DNA of 64,000 bases from Oxalobacteraceae bacterium (GTDB lineage: Bacteria; Pseudomonadota; Gammaproteobacteria; Burkholderiales; Burkholderiaceae_D), in the NCBI GenBank assembly GCA_947464955.1, contig CANHZI010000001.1, positions 12,206 to 76,205 on the forward strand, read 5' to 3'. Shown piece after piece: positions 38,700 to 51,438 of this stretch. Under the pieces are notes generated by a model. The model saw only the letters and a list, made by a program, of their open reading frames with translations, was not told where the DNA came from and made no database searches. Each line of letters starts with the position of its first letter. Positions within the stretch are counted from its first letter, which is position 1. The translations under genes were made by a program, and so were the position numbers.

Positions 38700-39851
38700 T
38701 CAACCTACAGTTTTTAAAATCCATTGACTACCATCGAAAACGACTGCGCGCGTGCATTCGAATTCGTCCTGTTCATTCTCATGGCCTGGCAAATTCTGGA
38801 TCACTACTTCTCCAGCCAGACGTAATTCATTGATCTTTTTACGCAAAGCAGGATCCTGACTCCATGGAGCCAAGATCGCATCTTTTCTTTCCGCTAAAGG
38901 CATGAGACGTGCCAACTCCCGCAGATCAAGCGAAAAGCCTGTCGCGGGTCGTGCACGCCCAAATGCTTCACCCACATGATCATAACGACCACCGCGAGCC
39001 ACTGCGTTTGGCAAGCCAGGAACAAAGGCATTGAACATCACACCACTGTGGTAGTGATAGCCACGCAAATCAGCCAAATCCACAGTTACCTTCGCCGTCC
39101 CCGCCAAATCAACCAAATAAGACAACTCATCCAATGCTATCGCAATCCCATCCAATTTGGGCAAAATTTCACGCGCTTTTTGAATAATCGCTTTGTCGCC
39201 ATATAAATTTGGCAAATCCAATAGCGCTTGACGGATCTCAGGTTGAAAGTCTTTTGTTAACACTTTCAATGCAGGCAAGTCTTTTGACTCGAGCAAGGCA
39301 AATAACTGCGCTTCATGTGCTTTCGCAGATGGGTCGGAATTCAATAAGGCACGAAGAACACCAACATGACACAAATCCAAACGCACTTCGGAAATATTCG
39401 CAAGCGCCAATGACGCTAAGACTAACTCTTGGATCTCAGCGTCGGCCTCTAGGCCAGCGTGTCCGTAAATCTCGCCACCGATCTGTAGCGGTTCGCGTGT
39501 TGCGTGTAAACCTGAAGGACGTGTATGCAACACACTACCGGCATAGCACAAACGTGTCACTGATTTGCGATTCAACAAATGTGCATCGATACGCGCCACT
39601 TGTGTCGTCATATCCGCACGCACACCCATAGTACGGCCCGATATTTGATCAACCAGTTTGAATGTGCGCAGGTCCATATCTTGACCTGCCCCCGTTAGCA
39701 ATGACTCGATGTACTCGAGCAAAGGCGGCATCACAAGCTCGTAGCCATAGCAACGAAAATTATCCAGCAATACGCGACGTAATTCTTCAATCTTACGAGC
39801 CTCGGAAGGCAATACGTCAGCGATATTCTCAGGTAGAAGCCAATTTGGCAT
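38700..39851 (-). CDS. hisZ: ATP phosphoribosyltransferase regulatory subunit
   Basis: 383 aa HisRS-like paralogue ([17 protein letters not shown]) with no anticodon-binding domain. It lies between hflC and purA, as is usual in betaproteobacteria. Confidence 0.88.
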   Translation of the reverse strand: MPNWLLPENIADVLPSEARKIEELRRVLLDNFRCYGYELVMPPLLEYIESLLTGAGQDMDLRTFKLVDQISGRTMGVRADMTTQVARIDAHLLNRKSVTRLCYAGSVLHTRPSGLHATREPLQIGGEIYGHAGLEADAEIQELVLASLALANISEVRLDLCHVGVLRALLNSDPSAKAHEAQLFALLESKDLPALKVLTKDFQPEIRQALLDLPNLYGDKAIIQKAREILPKLDGIAIALDELSYLVDLAGTAKVTVDLADLRGYHYHSGVMFNAFVPGLPNAVARGGRYDHVGEAFGRARPATGFSLDLRELARLMPLAERKDAILAPWSQDPALRKKINELRLAGEVVIQNLPGHENEQDEFECTRAVVFDGSQWILKTVG

Positions 39852-39959
39852 GGGAATCCAATAATTCTGAATGAGGGTAAATTTATCGATCAGGCAAAAA
39901 TCACAAAGACTGCATGCCGCGAGGCGTGCAGTCTAAGAACGTACCCGAATTTTGTGAAA

Positions 39960-40853
39960 CTATTTTTTGGCTGGTGTCGCAGCTGCAGCACCTGGCGCTT
40001 TGAAGTACTTAAAGAATTCAGAGTTTTGGTCAACGATCATCACATCACTCTTATTTTTGAAACTTGCACGGTAAGCTTCCAAACTGCGATAAAACTTATA
40101 GAACTCCGCATTTTGACTGAAAGCCTGCGAATAGATTTTCGCTGCCTCGGCATCACCTGCACCACGAATCGTTTCTGCTTCTTTATAAGCTTCAGCCAAG
40201 ATCACAATACGTTGACGATCGGCATCGGCACGAATCTTCTCGGAATCAGCGAAACCAGTAGAGCGCAATTCATTTGCAACGCGACTACGTTCAGACTTCA
40301 TACGATCGAAAACAGAGTCAATATTTTCATTAACATATTCGACTCGCTTCAAGCGCACATCGACGATTTCAACACCAATTTGCTTCGCTTCTTCGGTCAC
40401 CTTAGTGCGGATCGCCTGCATAACTTTATCGCGCTCGCCTGAGATCACATCACGCACTGAACGCTTTGTAATTTCTTCATTCAGTGCTGCCTTGACGATC
40501 TGAGTTAGACGATCGCCAGCTCTGGACTCAACACCACCAAAACTCACATAGTAGAGTTTTGGATCGATGATATGCCACTTAACAAAGGTATCGACCAAAA
40601 TATTTTTCTTTTCGGCCGTGATAAATCGATCGGCTTCAGGAGACTCGATCGTCAGAATTCGCTTATCCAAAAATATTACATTTTGAAATGGTGCAGGCAA
40701 TTTAAAATGCAGACCAGGTTCACTAATGACTGACTTGACTTCACCGAAGGCAAACACAATTGCATGTGATTTTTGATCAACCACGAACGTCGTGGAGTAA
40801 AAAATCACCACGGCAATCGCTAAGGATAGCAAAGTAGAGATTAACTTATTCAT
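39960..40853 (-). CDS. hflC: FtsH modulator HflC (SPFH/band-7)
   Basis: 297 aa. It has a single N-terminal TM segment and an SPFH domain. It follows hflK with an ATGA-type overlap. Confidence 0.93.
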   Translation of the reverse strand: MNKLISTLLSLAIAVVIFYSTTFVVDQKSHAIVFAFGEVKSVISEPGLHFKLPAPFQNVIFLDKRILTIESPEADRFITAEKKNILVDTFVKWHIIDPKLYYVSFGGVESRAGDRLTQIVKAALNEEITKRSVRDVISGERDKVMQAIRTKVTEEAKQIGVEIVDVRLKRVEYVNENIDSVFDRMKSERSRVANELRSTGFADSEKIRADADRQRIVILAEAYKEAETIRGAGDAEAAKIYSQAFSQNAEFYKFYRSLEAYRASFKNKSDVMIVDQNSEFFKYFKAPGAAAATPAKK

Positions 40854-42124
40854 TATCTACCCTCTCTCTCACGAGCATCACGTGCTCGATTATCTTTATT
40901 AGCTCGCACTTCAACCGTAGGGATAGTATCAACTGGCGTTACGTTATTCGAGACCGGAGCAGCAACACGATTTTGCGACGAATCGCCTTGTCCGATAATC
41001 TTATCTAAAGGCAGATACATCATGTTATTGGCGTTCTTAGCGTCAACCATCAACTTAGTTGTACTGCTGAATATTTGTTGCATCGTCTCAAGATACATGC
41101 GATCCCGAGTGACAGCAGGCGCTTTTTGATACTCAGCCAAGACCTGCTTGAAGCGTGCTGTATTACCTTCTGCGTTAGCAATTACACGTGAACGATAACC
41201 CTCAGCATCTTGCAACATTCGAGATGCCTCACCTCGCGCTTTTGGAATGACGTCATTCGCGTATGCTTGACCTTCATTCTTTTGGCGTTCCTTATCTTGA
41301 CCAGCCTTCACTGCATCGTCAAACGCAGCTTGCACCTGCTCCGGCGGTTGCACTGCCTGCATCGTAACGTTGGTTACTTGAACACCTGAATTGTATCGAT
41401 CGAGCACTTGTTGCATTAAAAAGTTGACGTCGAGCGCCACTTTTTCTCGCCCCTCATACAGAACCACATCCATTTTGCTCTTACCGACAATTTCGCGAAT
41501 CGCTGTTTCAGCAACCTGCAAGACCATATCTTCTTTATTGCTATTGTTATACAACCACTTTGCCGCATCTTTCAATTTGTACTGAACCGCAAATTGAATA
41601 TCAATAATATTTTCGTCATCGGTCAACATCAATGACTCTTTGGCGAGTTTATTCTTCGGACTATTTCTATAGCCGATCTCAACCGTCCGAACTTGTTGCA
41701 CGTCGACAATTTCGTGACTCTGAATAGGAGTAGGCCAGCGCCAGTTAAAGCCCGAACCGGTTTGATAGCTATACTTACCAAAAGTGGTTACTACACCAGT
41801 CTGTCCCTCTTGAACTATAAAAAAACCACTAATCATCCAGAAAAAGCCTGCGACAGAAAGGATCACTACCACGCCAAGCTTGGCAGCATCACTACCGTTC
41901 CCACTCGTTGGGCCTTCACCTCCGCCATCACCGTTCTTGCCGAACATCTTGGCCAGTGACTGATTGAAATCACGCCACAATTGATCCAGCTCAGGTGGAC
42001 CATCGCTAGGCTTCTTGTCGTCACGCTTGCCGTCTTTAGCACCACGCCCCCACTCTGGATCATTGAGTGAAAACAACGGTCTAAATTTCTTCAAAAAGGG
42101 AATTCGCATTCGTTCATTACCCAC
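40853..42124 (-). CDS. hflK: FtsH modulator HflK (SPFH/band-7)
   Basis: 423 aa. It has an N-terminal NDPEWGRG...GPPELDQLWRDF region, a TM segment and an SPFH domain. The exact start is uncertain. Confidence 0.93.
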   Translation of the reverse strand: MGNERMRIPFLKKFRPLFSLNDPEWGRGAKDGKRDDKKPSDGPPELDQLWRDFNQSLAKMFGKNGDGGGEGPTSGNGSDAAKLGVVVILSVAGFFWMISGFFIVQEGQTGVVTTFGKYSYQTGSGFNWRWPTPIQSHEIVDVQQVRTVEIGYRNSPKNKLAKESLMLTDDENIIDIQFAVQYKLKDAAKWLYNNSNKEDMVLQVAETAIREIVGKSKMDVVLYEGREKVALDVNFLMQQVLDRYNSGVQVTNVTMQAVQPPEQVQAAFDDAVKAGQDKERQKNEGQAYANDVIPKARGEASRMLQDAEGYRSRVIANAEGNTARFKQVLAEYQKAPAVTRDRMYLETMQQIFSSTTKLMVDAKNANNMMYLPLDKIIGQGDSSQNRVAAPVSNNVTPVDTIPTVEVRANKDNRARDAREREGR

Positions 42125-42178
42125 TAGGTTATTGAATTTTTCGAAATAAGCTTGTTAGCTGCCTTAACAAACCATCGC

Positions 42179-43312
42179 TTAAATTATGTCATCGATAACT
42201 TCATCGTTACTTGGTTGAATACCAAATTCTTGGCTTTCGGCACCTGAATTTTCCTGCATAAACTCAACGATCGCAGACCTCAACAAATCCATTCCACTAC
42301 CGGTTTTCGCACTCAAAAAAACCCTTGCGATTCTACCATACTCGTCCCGTTCGGATCCGGCATCTAAAACGGTCTGATCAATCTTATTCCACACCAAAAG
42401 CTGAGGAATATGATCGGCACCAATTTCCTTCAACACAAGATTCACTTGCTCAATCTGATCATTTTTCACCGCACTGCTTCCATCAACCACATGCAGCAAC
42501 AAGTCCGCATGAATTGTTTCTTCTAAAGTAGCACGAAACGAGGCAACAAGTTGGTGTGGCAAGTCACGGATAAAACCGACAGTATCGGAAACGACAATAT
42601 TTCCGACTCCCTCTAGATATAGGCGACGTGAAGTAGTATCAAGGGTCGCAAACAATTGATTTGCTGCATATGTCCCTGCTTTTGTCAGGGTATTGAACAA
42701 AGTCGACTTACCCGCATTGGTATAGCCAACCAAAGAAACAGAAAATGTCTTATTTCTACCTCGTGAGCGTCGCTGGGTCTCACGCTGCTTGTGCAGCTTT
42801 TCCATTTTGGCTTTTAGCATTTTTACACGCTCACCCAACAAGCGACGGTCGGTCTCAAGCTGAGTTTCACCAGGCCCACGCAGACCGATACCACCTTTTT
42901 GCCGCTCCAAGTGGGTCCACCCGCGAACCAGTCTCGTCGCCAAATGCTGCAATTGTGCCAATTCTACTTGCACTTTACCTTCATGACTTTTTGCTCGCTG
43001 GGCAAAAATATCAAGGATAAGACTCGTACGATCGATCACTCTTATCTTCAGATGACGCTCAAGATTACGCTGCTGAGCTGGCGACAAGGCATGATTAAAG
43101 ATCACGATATCGAGGGCGAGGTCAGTAACGACATGCGCAATTTCGTCAGCCTTACCCGACCCAACAAAAAGAGCCGCATCTGGGCTCGAACGCTTACAGG
43201 AAATGGTTGTGATAGTCTCAGCCCCCGCCGTGAGCGCGAGCTGAGAGAGTTCATCCAAACTTGCGGCAAAATCACCTTTGCCAAAGTCCACACCGACTAG
43301 AGCGGCGCGCAT
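42179..43312 (-). CDS. hflX: ribosome-associated GTPase HflX
   Basis: 377 aa. G1 is VGYTNAGKSTLFN, G3 is DTVGF and G4 is NKID. Confidence 0.95.
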   Translation of the reverse strand: MRAALVGVDFGKGDFAASLDELSQLALTAGAETITTISCKRSSPDAALFVGSGKADEIAHVVTDLALDIVIFNHALSPAQQRNLERHLKIRVIDRTSLILDIFAQRAKSHEGKVQVELAQLQHLATRLVRGWTHLERQKGGIGLRGPGETQLETDRRLLGERVKMLKAKMEKLHKQRETQRRSRGRNKTFSVSLVGYTNAGKSTLFNTLTKAGTYAANQLFATLDTTSRRLYLEGVGNIVVSDTVGFIRDLPHQLVASFRATLEETIHADLLLHVVDGSSAVKNDQIEQVNLVLKEIGADHIPQLLVWNKIDQTVLDAGSERDEYGRIARVFLSAKTGSGMDLLRSAIVEFMQENSGAESQEFGIQPSNDEVIDDII

Positions 43313-43355
43313 ATGAACCAGTTGTTAATGCAAAGACGATCTAAATTCAAACAGA

Positions 43356-43592
43356 TTACTCAGCTTCAGAATCGGAATTAATGCTAACTGCACGCGCTGG
43401 AACAACTGTTGAGATCGCGTGTTTGTAGACCATTTGGGTGACGGTATTGCGCAACAAGACCACATATTGATCGAAGGATTCAACATGACCTTGCAGTTTG
43501 ATGCCATTCACCAAATAGATAGAGACAGGAATATGCTCTTTCCGCAGTGCGTTTAAGAATGGGTCTTGTAACAATTGCCCTTTGTTGCTCAT
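43356..43592 (-). CDS. hfq: RNA chaperone Hfq
   Basis: 78 aa. Sequence: [43 protein letters not shown]...[12 protein letters not shown]. Confidence 0.98.
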   Translation of the reverse strand: MSNKGQLLQDPFLNALRKEHIPVSIYLVNGIKLQGHVESFDQYVVLLRNTVTQMVYKHAISTVVPARAVSINSDSEAE

Positions 43593-43740
43593 AACAGCTC
43601 CATTATGTTGTTGTGATTAGGAGTTGGGGACGCCTAAGTTTATTTCAAGTGTTCTAAAGATAATAACAATACCACGAGAAAACATTTTTTTAAATACTGC
43701 AACACAATTTAACGAACTAAAAAGTGCATTGAACTCGAAT

Positions 43741-45084
43741 TTACTTCGCATCCTTAGTGAAAGGATTTTTACCAGAACGGAACTCAATACGTAAAGGCGT
43801 GCCTGTCAACGAGAAAGTCTCGCGGAAATGCTTCTCTAGGTAACGCTTATAGACGTCACCAATTGCCTCTAAAGCATTGCCATGAATAACGATAATTGGT
43901 GGATTTTGTCCACCTTGATGCGCATAGCGCATCTTCGGACGAATCGATCCCTTACGTTTTGGCTGCTGATGTTCAACCGCCTCAATCAAAGCACGCGTTA
44001 GTTTAGGAGTCGACAAATTGACCATCGCCGCCTCGTAGGCTGCGTCGATCGATTTCATTAAAGGACTAATGCCTGTTGACTTCAATGCGGAAATAAAATG
44101 AAACTTTGCGAACGTCAAGAAATTAAGCTTACGTTCAATATCCATCTTAATTTCATCACGGCGATCGCTTTGCAATCCATCCCACTTGTTTACACCCACG
44201 ACCAATGCACGTCCGGACTCAAGAATAAACCCGGCGATATGCGCATCCTGCTCCGAGATATCTTGTTGAGCATCTAGCAGCAAAAGCACGACATTTGCTT
44301 CAGACACTGATTGCAAAGTCTTGACCACGGAAAATTTCTCAATCGCCTCAAAAACCTTGCCGCGGCGACGTATACCCGCTGTGTCGATCAGCGTGTATTG
44401 TTGACCATCACGCTCAAATGGAATCTCAATAGAATCGCGTGTTGTACCAGGCATATCAAAAGCGATCACACGCTCTTCACCAAGCAAAGTATTGACTAAG
44501 GTCGACTTACCCACATTAGGGCGGCCAACGATGGCAATTTTGATGCCTTTGTTGGTATTCTCCGGCTCATTTAATTCATCAGGGCGTGAGGCAAATGCGA
44601 TATCTAATGCTTCCTCAACCAAATCAGCAACACCATCACCGTGTGCTGAAGAAATCACATAGGGGTCACCCAGACCGAGTTCGTAGAAATCGGCAGTCAC
44701 GCTTGTGTAACGCATCCCTTCGGCCTTGTTTACAACCAGCATCACGGAACGACCCGACTTACGTAAAAAGTCGGTGATGGTTTTATCATGCGGGGTCAAA
44801 CCTTGACGACCATCCACCAAGAAAATAACAACATCTGCTTCTGCAACCGCTTGCTTGGTTTGTTTTGCCATTTCATGCATGATGCCTTCCTTGGCAACAG
44901 GCTCGAAACCACCAGTATCAATTACTAAAAATGGCCGTTCGCCAACTCGACCTTCGCCGTAATGACGATCGCGTGTCAGACCTGGAAGGTCCGCCACGAG
45001 CGCATCACGCGTCCGCGTCAAGCGGTTAAACAATGTAGACTTGCCGACGTTCGGTCGACCGATTAAAGCAATAACTGGTTTCAT
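43741..45084 (-). CDS. der: ribosome biogenesis GTPase Der (EngA), tandem GTPase domains
   Basis: I place the start at [20 protein letters not shown] (ATG at 45084), which removes the overlap with bamB. The second G-domain is [17 protein letters not shown]-like C-terminus follows. Confidence 0.95.
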   Translation of the reverse strand: MKPVIALIGRPNVGKSTLFNRLTRTRDALVADLPGLTRDRHYGEGRVGERPFLVIDTGGFEPVAKEGIMHEMAKQTKQAVAEADVVIFLVDGRQGLTPHDKTITDFLRKSGRSVMLVVNKAEGMRYTSVTADFYELGLGDPYVISSAHGDGVADLVEEALDIAFASRPDELNEPENTNKGIKIAIVGRPNVGKSTLVNTLLGEERVIAFDMPGTTRDSIEIPFERDGQQYTLIDTAGIRRRGKVFEAIEKFSVVKTLQSVSEANVVLLLLDAQQDISEQDAHIAGFILESGRALVVGVNKWDGLQSDRRDEIKMDIERKLNFLTFAKFHFISALKSTGISPLMKSIDAAYEAAMVNLSTPKLTRALIEAVEHQQPKRKGSIRPKMRYAHQGGQNPPIIVIHGNALEAIGDVYKRYLEKHFRETFSLTGTPLRIEFRSGKNPFTKDAK

Positions 45085-45088
45085 TAAC

Positions 45089-46246
45089 TTATTCCGTCGC
45101 AAATGCGACAACAGCGCCCGACTTTGTCTGAACAATCAGATTATTACCAACGACCAAAGGTGTTGAAATCACCTTGCTTCCGTCAGTTGGCATACGAGCT
45201 ATAAAAACACCATCTTCTCTCGACAAGAAATGGACAAATCCAAAACGATCACCAACAGCAACGGAGCGGCCAAATGAAGCTGGCGCAGAAAGATCTCGAC
45301 GCGCCAACTTATCGTTACGCCATACATTGGAGCCACCGCTCAAAGCATAGCCAGAAACCGCACCTTGATTGTCGGCAGCGAAAACAAATCGTTCATCAGC
45401 TGAAACACCAACTTCACTCGATATTTCTTTATTCCATCGATTAGTACCATTAGCGATATCAAAACATCCTACACGCCCTTGGTATGTGACTGCACAAACG
45501 TTACTATTGACGACAACTGGTGAACCAGACATATCAACCACTCGTTCAAGCTCAGTCGCGCCCTTCGGTTCTGCCGCCGTCACTTCCCAGCGCAAACCAC
45601 CGTTTTGCAACGCCACGGCAATCAACTTCCCACCTGGCGTCGACACGTAAGCAACTTGATCCTTTACATAGATTCCAGTGGCCACCCTTAAAGTCAAGAT
45701 AGGCAATGGACGTTCGAGAGTCCATTTACTCGCTCCAGTCATCGCATCGTAGGCTGCCACGCGATTATCAATCGTATGCACCAACACCAAATTTCCAGCA
45801 ACCACTGGAGCCGCTAGAATCTCAGAGGATGCTTGCATCTTCCAGCGCAATTTACCTTGTGTGTCGTATGCCAACAGCATACCCTTTTGCCCTCCGACCA
45901 CAACCAAACTGTCGCTGGCACCTACACCTGCCGTGAGGTTCATATCAGCGCGTACGCGCCACTTCACTTGACCATTAGTCGCATTAATTCTTGCTATCGT
46001 GCCATCTGCTGACGCAGCATACACGTCACCACCAACATTCACTGGATTAAACATGTACTCACCAGCACTTCCAACATTGACAGTCCAAGCGTTTTTTACC
46101 GCCATGCTCGTGCTGAAATTTTGCAATTCAGCAGGTGCAGTCTTTGGATCAGGTTTGGCAAATGGATTCCAAGACCAAGTGGAACATCCACTGAGTAATG
46201 CGATTGCAAGAACTGCAGAACTTGAAGCACGTAGAAACATAGTCAA
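45089..46246 (-). CDS. bamB: outer-membrane protein assembly factor BamB (PQQ-like beta-propeller lipoprotein)
   Basis: 385 aa. It has the lipobox LLSGC-S and repeated propeller blades. It lies between yfgM and der, as in E. coli. Confidence 0.9.
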   Translation of the reverse strand: MTMFLRASSSAVLAIALLSGCSTWSWNPFAKPDPKTAPAELQNFSTSMAVKNAWTVNVGSAGEYMFNPVNVGGDVYAASADGTIARINATNGQVKWRVRADMNLTAGVGASDSLVVVGGQKGMLLAYDTQGKLRWKMQASSEILAAPVVAGNLVLVHTIDNRVAAYDAMTGASKWTLERPLPILTLRVATGIYVKDQVAYVSTPGGKLIAVALQNGGLRWEVTAAEPKGATELERVVDMSGSPVVVNSNVCAVTYQGRVGCFDIANGTNRWNKEISSEVGVSADERFVFAADNQGAVSGYALSGGSNVWRNDKLARRDLSAPASFGRSVAVGDRFGFVHFLSREDGVFIARMPTDGSKVISTPLVVGNNLIVQTKSGAVVAFATE

Positions 46247-46253
46247 TCCTAGA

Positions 46254-46922
46254 TTATTTTTTCACTGGAACAGCATCAGATTTCGCTTCGAGCGGACCAC
46301 CGATCGCATCCAGCTTAATCTGTACCAACTGACGCCCGGAGTGTTTTTCACCCATCTTGTCCAACGCTGCCTTATACGCTCCTCGTGCATCATTCACCTT
46401 ATTTTGAGCCAATAAGAAATCTGCTTTACGATCAAGGACATCTGCTTCAAATTGAGCTGGAAACTCAGAATTCAAAATTTTGAATCCTTCATCAAAATTC
46501 TTCTCATCCAAAGCGATCGCTGTCAAACGCAAGCGCGCAATCGCCTTAAATTCAGCAGAACTACCTTTCTCTGCTACCCAGTTCAACTGAGCTTTTGCTG
46601 TCTGCAAATCTGCAAGGTCAAAAGCACTTTTCGCAGCAGCCAAGCTCGCCATACTTGCATAGCTTGTACGTCCAAACTTATCTACAACCACTTTCGTAGC
46701 AGCCTGAACCTTTGCATTGTCTTTGAGGGTCACTGCACGCTGCACTTCATCATACAAAGTTGATGCTTCCAAGGATTGCTTTTGTTGATAGTTGTTATAG
46801 CCAGTCCAACCAGCAAATGCAGCAAGCGCTGCAATTAGCAACCAAGTTACAAAATTGCCGTATTGCTTCCACCAAGCTTTGAGGGTATCTAACTGTTCCT
46901 GTTCTTCGAGATCGTATGCCAT
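46254..46922 (-). CDS. yfgM: YfgM-like membrane-anchored TPR-like protein (ancillary SecYEG subunit family)
   Basis: 222 aa. It has an N-terminal EEQEQLDTLKAWWKQYGN block followed by a TM segment and a helical repeat domain. It keeps the conserved hisS-yfgM-bamB-der synteny. Confidence 0.8.
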   Translation of the reverse strand: MAYDLEEQEQLDTLKAWWKQYGNFVTWLLIAALAAFAGWTGYNNYQQKQSLEASTLYDEVQRAVTLKDNAKVQAATKVVVDKFGRTSYASMASLAAAKSAFDLADLQTAKAQLNWVAEKGSSAEFKAIARLRLTAIALDEKNFDEGFKILNSEFPAQFEADVLDRKADFLLAQNKVNDARGAYKAALDKMGEKHSGRQLVQIKLDAIGGPLEAKSDAVPVKK

Positions 46923-46932
46923 TTTTTAGTTC

Positions 46933-48294
46933 TTAATGATGAATGTGAATATGATTTGGGTTATCGCATTGTCCCTCATCTTCGCCCGCAGAAATAATCT
47001 GATCAACTAGAAAATCTACTGCTGCCAAGAAAGGAACATTTACTTGATTATTTTCAAAGTCTTCCGAACGCAAAGACTTAACACTAACTGTTTCTGCTTT
47101 CGCTTCATCTTCGCCAATAATAACGGCAAATGCCGCACCACTCGCATCGGCTTTCTTCATTTGGGATTTGAAGCTCCCAATACCAGTCGCAGATGCGCAA
47201 TGTAACACAACATCTAGACCTGCATCACGCAAACGCTCACCTAAAACGAAGGATTGCATCCGAGCCTCGTCACCTTGATGCACAAGATAAACATCACACT
47301 GGCTAGCAGCACTACCATCACCATTCGCCTTCATGAGTTCAAGAAGACGTTCAACCCCCATCGCAAATCCACAAGCTGGGGTTGGTTTGCCACCGAAGAT
47401 GCTAAACAAAGAATCATAACGACCACCGCCACAGACGGTCCCTTGCGAACCCAATTCATCTGTGACCCATTCGAAGACTGTGCGATTGTAATAATCCATG
47501 CCCCGTACCAAGCGAGGGTTAATGGTAAAGGGGATACTGTTATGGCGAAGAATCTTCTGCAGTCCTTCGAAATGTGCACGCGACTCCTCGCCTAAGAAGT
47601 CCAGAAGCTTAGGCGCGTTTGTTGCAATCTCTTGCAAGGCTGGATTCTTGGTATCGAGAATCCGCAGAGGATTCGTATATAAGCGACGCTTCGCCTCTTC
47701 ATCCAGAACAGCCTCATGCTTTTCAAAATAAGCAATCAGTTCTGCACGATGCGCTTTACGCTCATCAGCATCACCGATGGAATTAATCTCAAGGCGAATG
47801 TTTTGCAAACCAAGATCGTCCCAAAGACGCTGACACATGACGATCAGCTCCGCATCAATGTCAGGACCGGAAAATCCTAGTGCTTCCGCCCCTACTTGGT
47901 GGAACTGACGATATCGTCCGCGCTGAGGCTTCTCGTGGCGAAACATTGGGCCGTTATACCAAACACGCTTCGGTCCCTCATAGGTGAGATTATGCTCAAT
48001 CGCCGAACGTACAATCCCTGCGGTATTCTCGGGACGCAAAGTGAGTTTGTCACCATTCATCGAATCTTCAAACGAATACATCTCTTTTTCGACGATATCG
48101 GTAACTTCGCCGAGACCGCGCGCAAATAACGGTGTCGCCTCAACAATCGGCGTTCTCATTTGTTGAAAGCCATAGCTCTTCAACACTGATTGCACCGTAT
48201 TTTCAAACAATTCCCAAAGAGCGGAGTGCTCAGGGAGAATGTCATTCATCCCCTTGATGCCAACGATCTTCTCAATTTTCTTTTCCTGAGCCAT
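46933..48294 (-). CDS. hisS: histidine--tRNA ligase
   Basis: 453 aa. Class II motifs: [29 protein letters not shown]. It has an unusual His-rich C-terminal tail, NHIHIHH. Confidence 0.96.
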   Translation of the reverse strand: MAQEKKIEKIVGIKGMNDILPEHSALWELFENTVQSVLKSYGFQQMRTPIVEATPLFARGLGEVTDIVEKEMYSFEDSMNGDKLTLRPENTAGIVRSAIEHNLTYEGPKRVWYNGPMFRHEKPQRGRYRQFHQVGAEALGFSGPDIDAELIVMCQRLWDDLGLQNIRLEINSIGDADERKAHRAELIAYFEKHEAVLDEEAKRRLYTNPLRILDTKNPALQEIATNAPKLLDFLGEESRAHFEGLQKILRHNSIPFTINPRLVRGMDYYNRTVFEWVTDELGSQGTVCGGGRYDSLFSIFGGKPTPACGFAMGVERLLELMKANGDGSAASQCDVYLVHQGDEARMQSFVLGERLRDAGLDVVLHCASATGIGSFKSQMKKADASGAAFAVIIGEDEAKAETVSVKSLRSEDFENNQVNVPFLAAVDFLVDQIISAGEDEGQCDNPNHIHIHH

Positions 48295-48355
48295 GCTCGA
48301 ACTTCCATTTTTTATTTTTGCAATTCTCCGCCGAGGCGGGGAAAACTAAACACAA

Positions 48356-49615
48356 CTATTTCTGAGCGTAGGATTTCTGAACGTAATCCAAGACAACTTT
48401 TTGGAAATCTCTTGCGATATTCTCTCCGCGCAAAGTCATCGCCTTTACGCCATCAATAAAGACAGGCGCCGCAGGTGATTCTCCTGTTCCTGGCAAACTA
48501 ATCCCAATATTTGCATGTTTTGATTCACCGGGTCCATTGACGATACAACCCATTACCGCCACGTTCATATTTTCAACGCCCGGATATTCCACTTTCCACA
48601 CGGGCATTTGCTCACGCAAGAAACTTTGAATTTGATCGGCGAGCTCTTGGAACACGGTAGAAGTCGTGCGACCACACCCCGGGCAAGCAATCACCATAGG
48701 CATGAATTTGCGCAATCCCATGGTTTGTAAAATCTCTTGAGCAACAAACACTTCCTTGCATCGATCGCCACCCGGTTCTGGTGTCAAAGAAATACGAATC
48801 GTATCACCGATACCTTCTTGCATTAACACCGAAAGTGCCGCCGTGGAAGCCACAATGCCTTTACTACCCATCCCAGCCTCGGTTAATCCAAGATGCAAAG
48901 GATAGTCGCAACGAATTGCCAATTCACGATAAACAGCGATCAAATCTTGGACGCCAGAGACCTTGCACGACAATATAATCTTATCGCTAGCCAATCCTAG
49001 CTCTTCAGCTCGATGTGCGCTCTCGATCGCTGACGTGATTAAGGCTTGATACATTACCGTTTGCGCACTTAATGGCTGCGCTCGGCTTGCATTTTCATCC
49101 ATCACGCGAGCAAGTAGACTTTGATCAAGACTACCCCAGTTAACACCAATTCGAACCGGCTTGTCGAAGCGACAGGCCATTTCTATCATTTGCGCAAACT
49201 GTGTATCGCGCTTAGCACCCTGCCCCACATTGCCAGGATTAATCCTATACTTTGACAAAGCCTGTGCGCACTCTGGGTAATCACTCAATAAAGTGTGGCC
49301 GTTATAATGAAAATCGCCAACCAAGGGTACATCAATCCCCATTTTATCAAGTTGCTCACGAATTGCTGGAACCGCCTGCGCCGCTTCAGGATTATTGACC
49401 GTCAGCCGCACGATTTCAGAGCCGGCACGCGCCAATTCTTTGATCTGAATCGCCGTACCGATAACATCTGCAGTGTCCGTGTTCGTCATCGACTGCACCA
49501 CGATAGGGGCATCACCGCCGATTCTCACGATTCGGTCGCGGTAGACTACGGCAACCGATCTGGTCGAACGTCTTGCAAGTGAACCTGTTTGAATTTCCTT
49601 GAGTTCGAATGTCAT
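48356..49615 (-). CDS. ispG: 4-hydroxy-3-methylbut-2-en-1-yl diphosphate synthase
   Basis: 419 aa. Motifs: [17 protein letters not shown] and CIVNGPGE, which carry the Fe-S Cys ligands. Confidence 0.96.
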   Translation of the reverse strand: MTFELKEIQTGSLARRSTRSVAVVYRDRIVRIGGDAPIVVQSMTNTDTADVIGTAIQIKELARAGSEIVRLTVNNPEAAQAVPAIREQLDKMGIDVPLVGDFHYNGHTLLSDYPECAQALSKYRINPGNVGQGAKRDTQFAQMIEMACRFDKPVRIGVNWGSLDQSLLARVMDENASRAQPLSAQTVMYQALITSAIESAHRAEELGLASDKIILSCKVSGVQDLIAVYRELAIRCDYPLHLGLTEAGMGSKGIVASTAALSVLMQEGIGDTIRISLTPEPGGDRCKEVFVAQEILQTMGLRKFMPMVIACPGCGRTTSTVFQELADQIQSFLREQMPVWKVEYPGVENMNVAVMGCIVNGPGESKHANIGISLPGTGESPAAPVFIDGVKAMTLRGENIARDFQKVVLDYVQKSYAQK

Positions 49616-49616
49616 T

Positions 49617-50651
49617 TTATCTCACGCTGACGCTAGCCACTTTGGTCTCACGATCGGCAACAATGGCAAATGGCTTACCGCGCAAGCTTGCCTGCACACC
49701 TGCTGCGTTCCCGAGTTTCACAAACAACCCTTGCTTGACACTGAAAACCTCTTCAGAGCCGGCTTTAGCCACGTGAGAACTAAGAACAGCACCGCCGTCA
49801 ATTTTCACGAATACCCAAGAGTCTTCTTTGAACTTCAGTACCAGCGTATCGGATATCGCCATTGGCTCTTGCAGCGCTGCGCTTGACGCTGCACCAGACG
49901 CCTGTAAATTACTTGCAGGCGGGGTAACAACCGCACTTGATGCCGCCAATCCAATTTCAGACGGCGCGTTAACGGGCACTGCATTCAAGGCTGGCGAACT
50001 CGCCACCACATCATTCGAATTCACGCCGGTTGATGTGGAGGCTACAACCATCTGATCCGAAATCGTTGCAGTCGAACTCGGCGTAGAAACCGCCTCATAA
50101 GGCTGACTCGATGCCACCTCAGCAGTCATTACGTTCTCGGCTTTATGATTCGAACTAAATATTCTCCCCTGAAGCGCTTGCCCATAGTCAGTGCGCTGAA
50201 AGAAAACAATCACCATCACTGCCAATACCAATACGACCAAACCAATGATGTATCGACGATTATTTTCCTGATGTCCAGACAATGATGTGCGAGACTCAAT
50301 GAAAGGAGTCGACAAGGCTGGTCGTAGAGACGCTTCTAATCGCACCGGCTCACAATCTTGAGGCATCAAGCTCATTAAGGCATCGGCATCAATTCGCAGC
50401 AATTTCGAATAAGCACGAACGAATCCTCGAACGATAACCAATTTAGGCAATTTATCCAACTGATTCGCTTCAAGGGCAAAGATCTGCGACTGAGACAACT
50501 TCAGTTGCTCGGCAACGTACTGCACCGTCCAACCGCGCTGTTCACGTGCGCGCGCAAGTTGCGCCCCAACGGAATCAGCATTTTGACTAGCAATGGAAGA
50601 CGTATCTGACACAAGCTCATGATTCAGATCGTCCTTCGAAACCTCACTCAT
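49617..50651 (-). CDS. rodZ: cytoskeleton protein RodZ (HTH + TM + periplasmic domain)
   Basis: I place the start at MSEVSKD (ATG at 50651). The HTH is [33 protein letters not shown]. It has a single TM segment and a Ser/Ala-rich linker. It lies between pilW and ispG. Confidence 0.85.
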   Translation of the reverse strand: MSEVSKDDLNHELVSDTSSIASQNADSVGAQLARAREQRGWTVQYVAEQLKLSQSQIFALEANQLDKLPKLVIVRGFVRAYSKLLRIDADALMSLMPQDCEPVRLEASLRPALSTPFIESRTSLSGHQENNRRYIIGLVVLVLAVMVIVFFQRTDYGQALQGRIFSSNHKAENVMTAEVASSQPYEAVSTPSSTATISDQMVVASTSTGVNSNDVVASSPALNAVPVNAPSEIGLAASSAVVTPPASNLQASGAASSAALQEPMAISDTLVLKFKEDSWVFVKIDGGAVLSSHVAKAGSEEVFSVKQGLFVKLGNAAGVQASLRGKPFAIVADRETKVASVSVR

Positions 50652-51438
50652 TAAATGCACCCTTCTGAAACAATGCAAATTCCTTAGAATTTGGATGACG
50701 ACGCCGCAATTGCGTTCCTAGGTTCGTAACGGAACTTTGATCACCCAACTTTGAGTCTATTTTAATTGCCAACCACAACACGTCAGCGGCAAAAATCTCA
50801 TCCTTGATCACCTGTTGAATATAGAATCTTGCCTTTTCATATTGAGCACGATCAAAGAATATTTTGGCCAAGTTTGCGTTGATCGATGGGTTATTGGGCT
50901 GCTCTTGATAGCCCAACATAAAATATCTCTCAGCATTGCGAATATCCTTCAAACGCAGGCTACAAACACCGGCATTAATCATCGCTTTAACTGGAGTTGC
51001 ATACATTCGATCACTGAGAACACGCTCAAATAAAGCGATCGATTCTTTCTCGCGATTGGTCTGACATAAAAACCAACCATAGTTATTCATCACATCCGAA
51101 TTTTTTGGCTCAAGCTTCATTGCATATTGAAAATTTTGCTCAGCATGCTCCGTATCATTCAAATCCATTTGAATTAATGCACGGAGACTATACGCGCTTG
51201 CCGTATTTGGAGAAACAAGCAAAACCTGTCTGACTTCCTCCAGAGCAGACTGAAGCTGCCCTGCCTGATAGTACTCGACTGCCAACTGCATTCGCAGGCT
51301 TATACGCCTACGAACATCAGGACTATCTGCTGCCGCGCGAGCATCACTATCACTTACAAAACGAGGTGTCGAACATCCAGAAACAAGTAACAAAACAACC
51401 GAGAAAATCGAACAAACTATCATTCGCAAATAGGTCAT
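50644..51438 (-). CDS. pilW: type IV pilus biogenesis/stability TPR lipoprotein PilW (PilF)
   Basis: 264 aa. It has the lipobox LVSGC-S and multiple TPRs. It sits between rlmN and rodZ, as in Neisseria and Pseudomonas. Confidence 0.8.
   Translation of the reverse strand: MTYLRMIVCSIFSVVLLLVSGCSTPRFVSDSDARAAADSPDVRRRISLRMQLAVEYYQAGQLQSALEEVRQVLLVSPNTASAYSLRALIQMDLNDTEHAEQNFQYAMKLEPKNSDVMNNYGWFLCQTNREKESIALFERVLSDRMYATPVKAMINAGVCSLRLKDIRNAERYFMLGYQEQPNNPSINANLAKIFFDRAQYEKARFYIQQVIKDEIFAADVLWLAIKIDSKLGDQSSVTNLGTQLRRRHPNSKEFALFQKGAFNE

Noticed and set aside
43325-43507. A 60-aa ORF overlapping hfq in another frame.
   Set aside because: - It is nested in the highly conserved hfq coding sequence and 3' flank.
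- It has no independent support.
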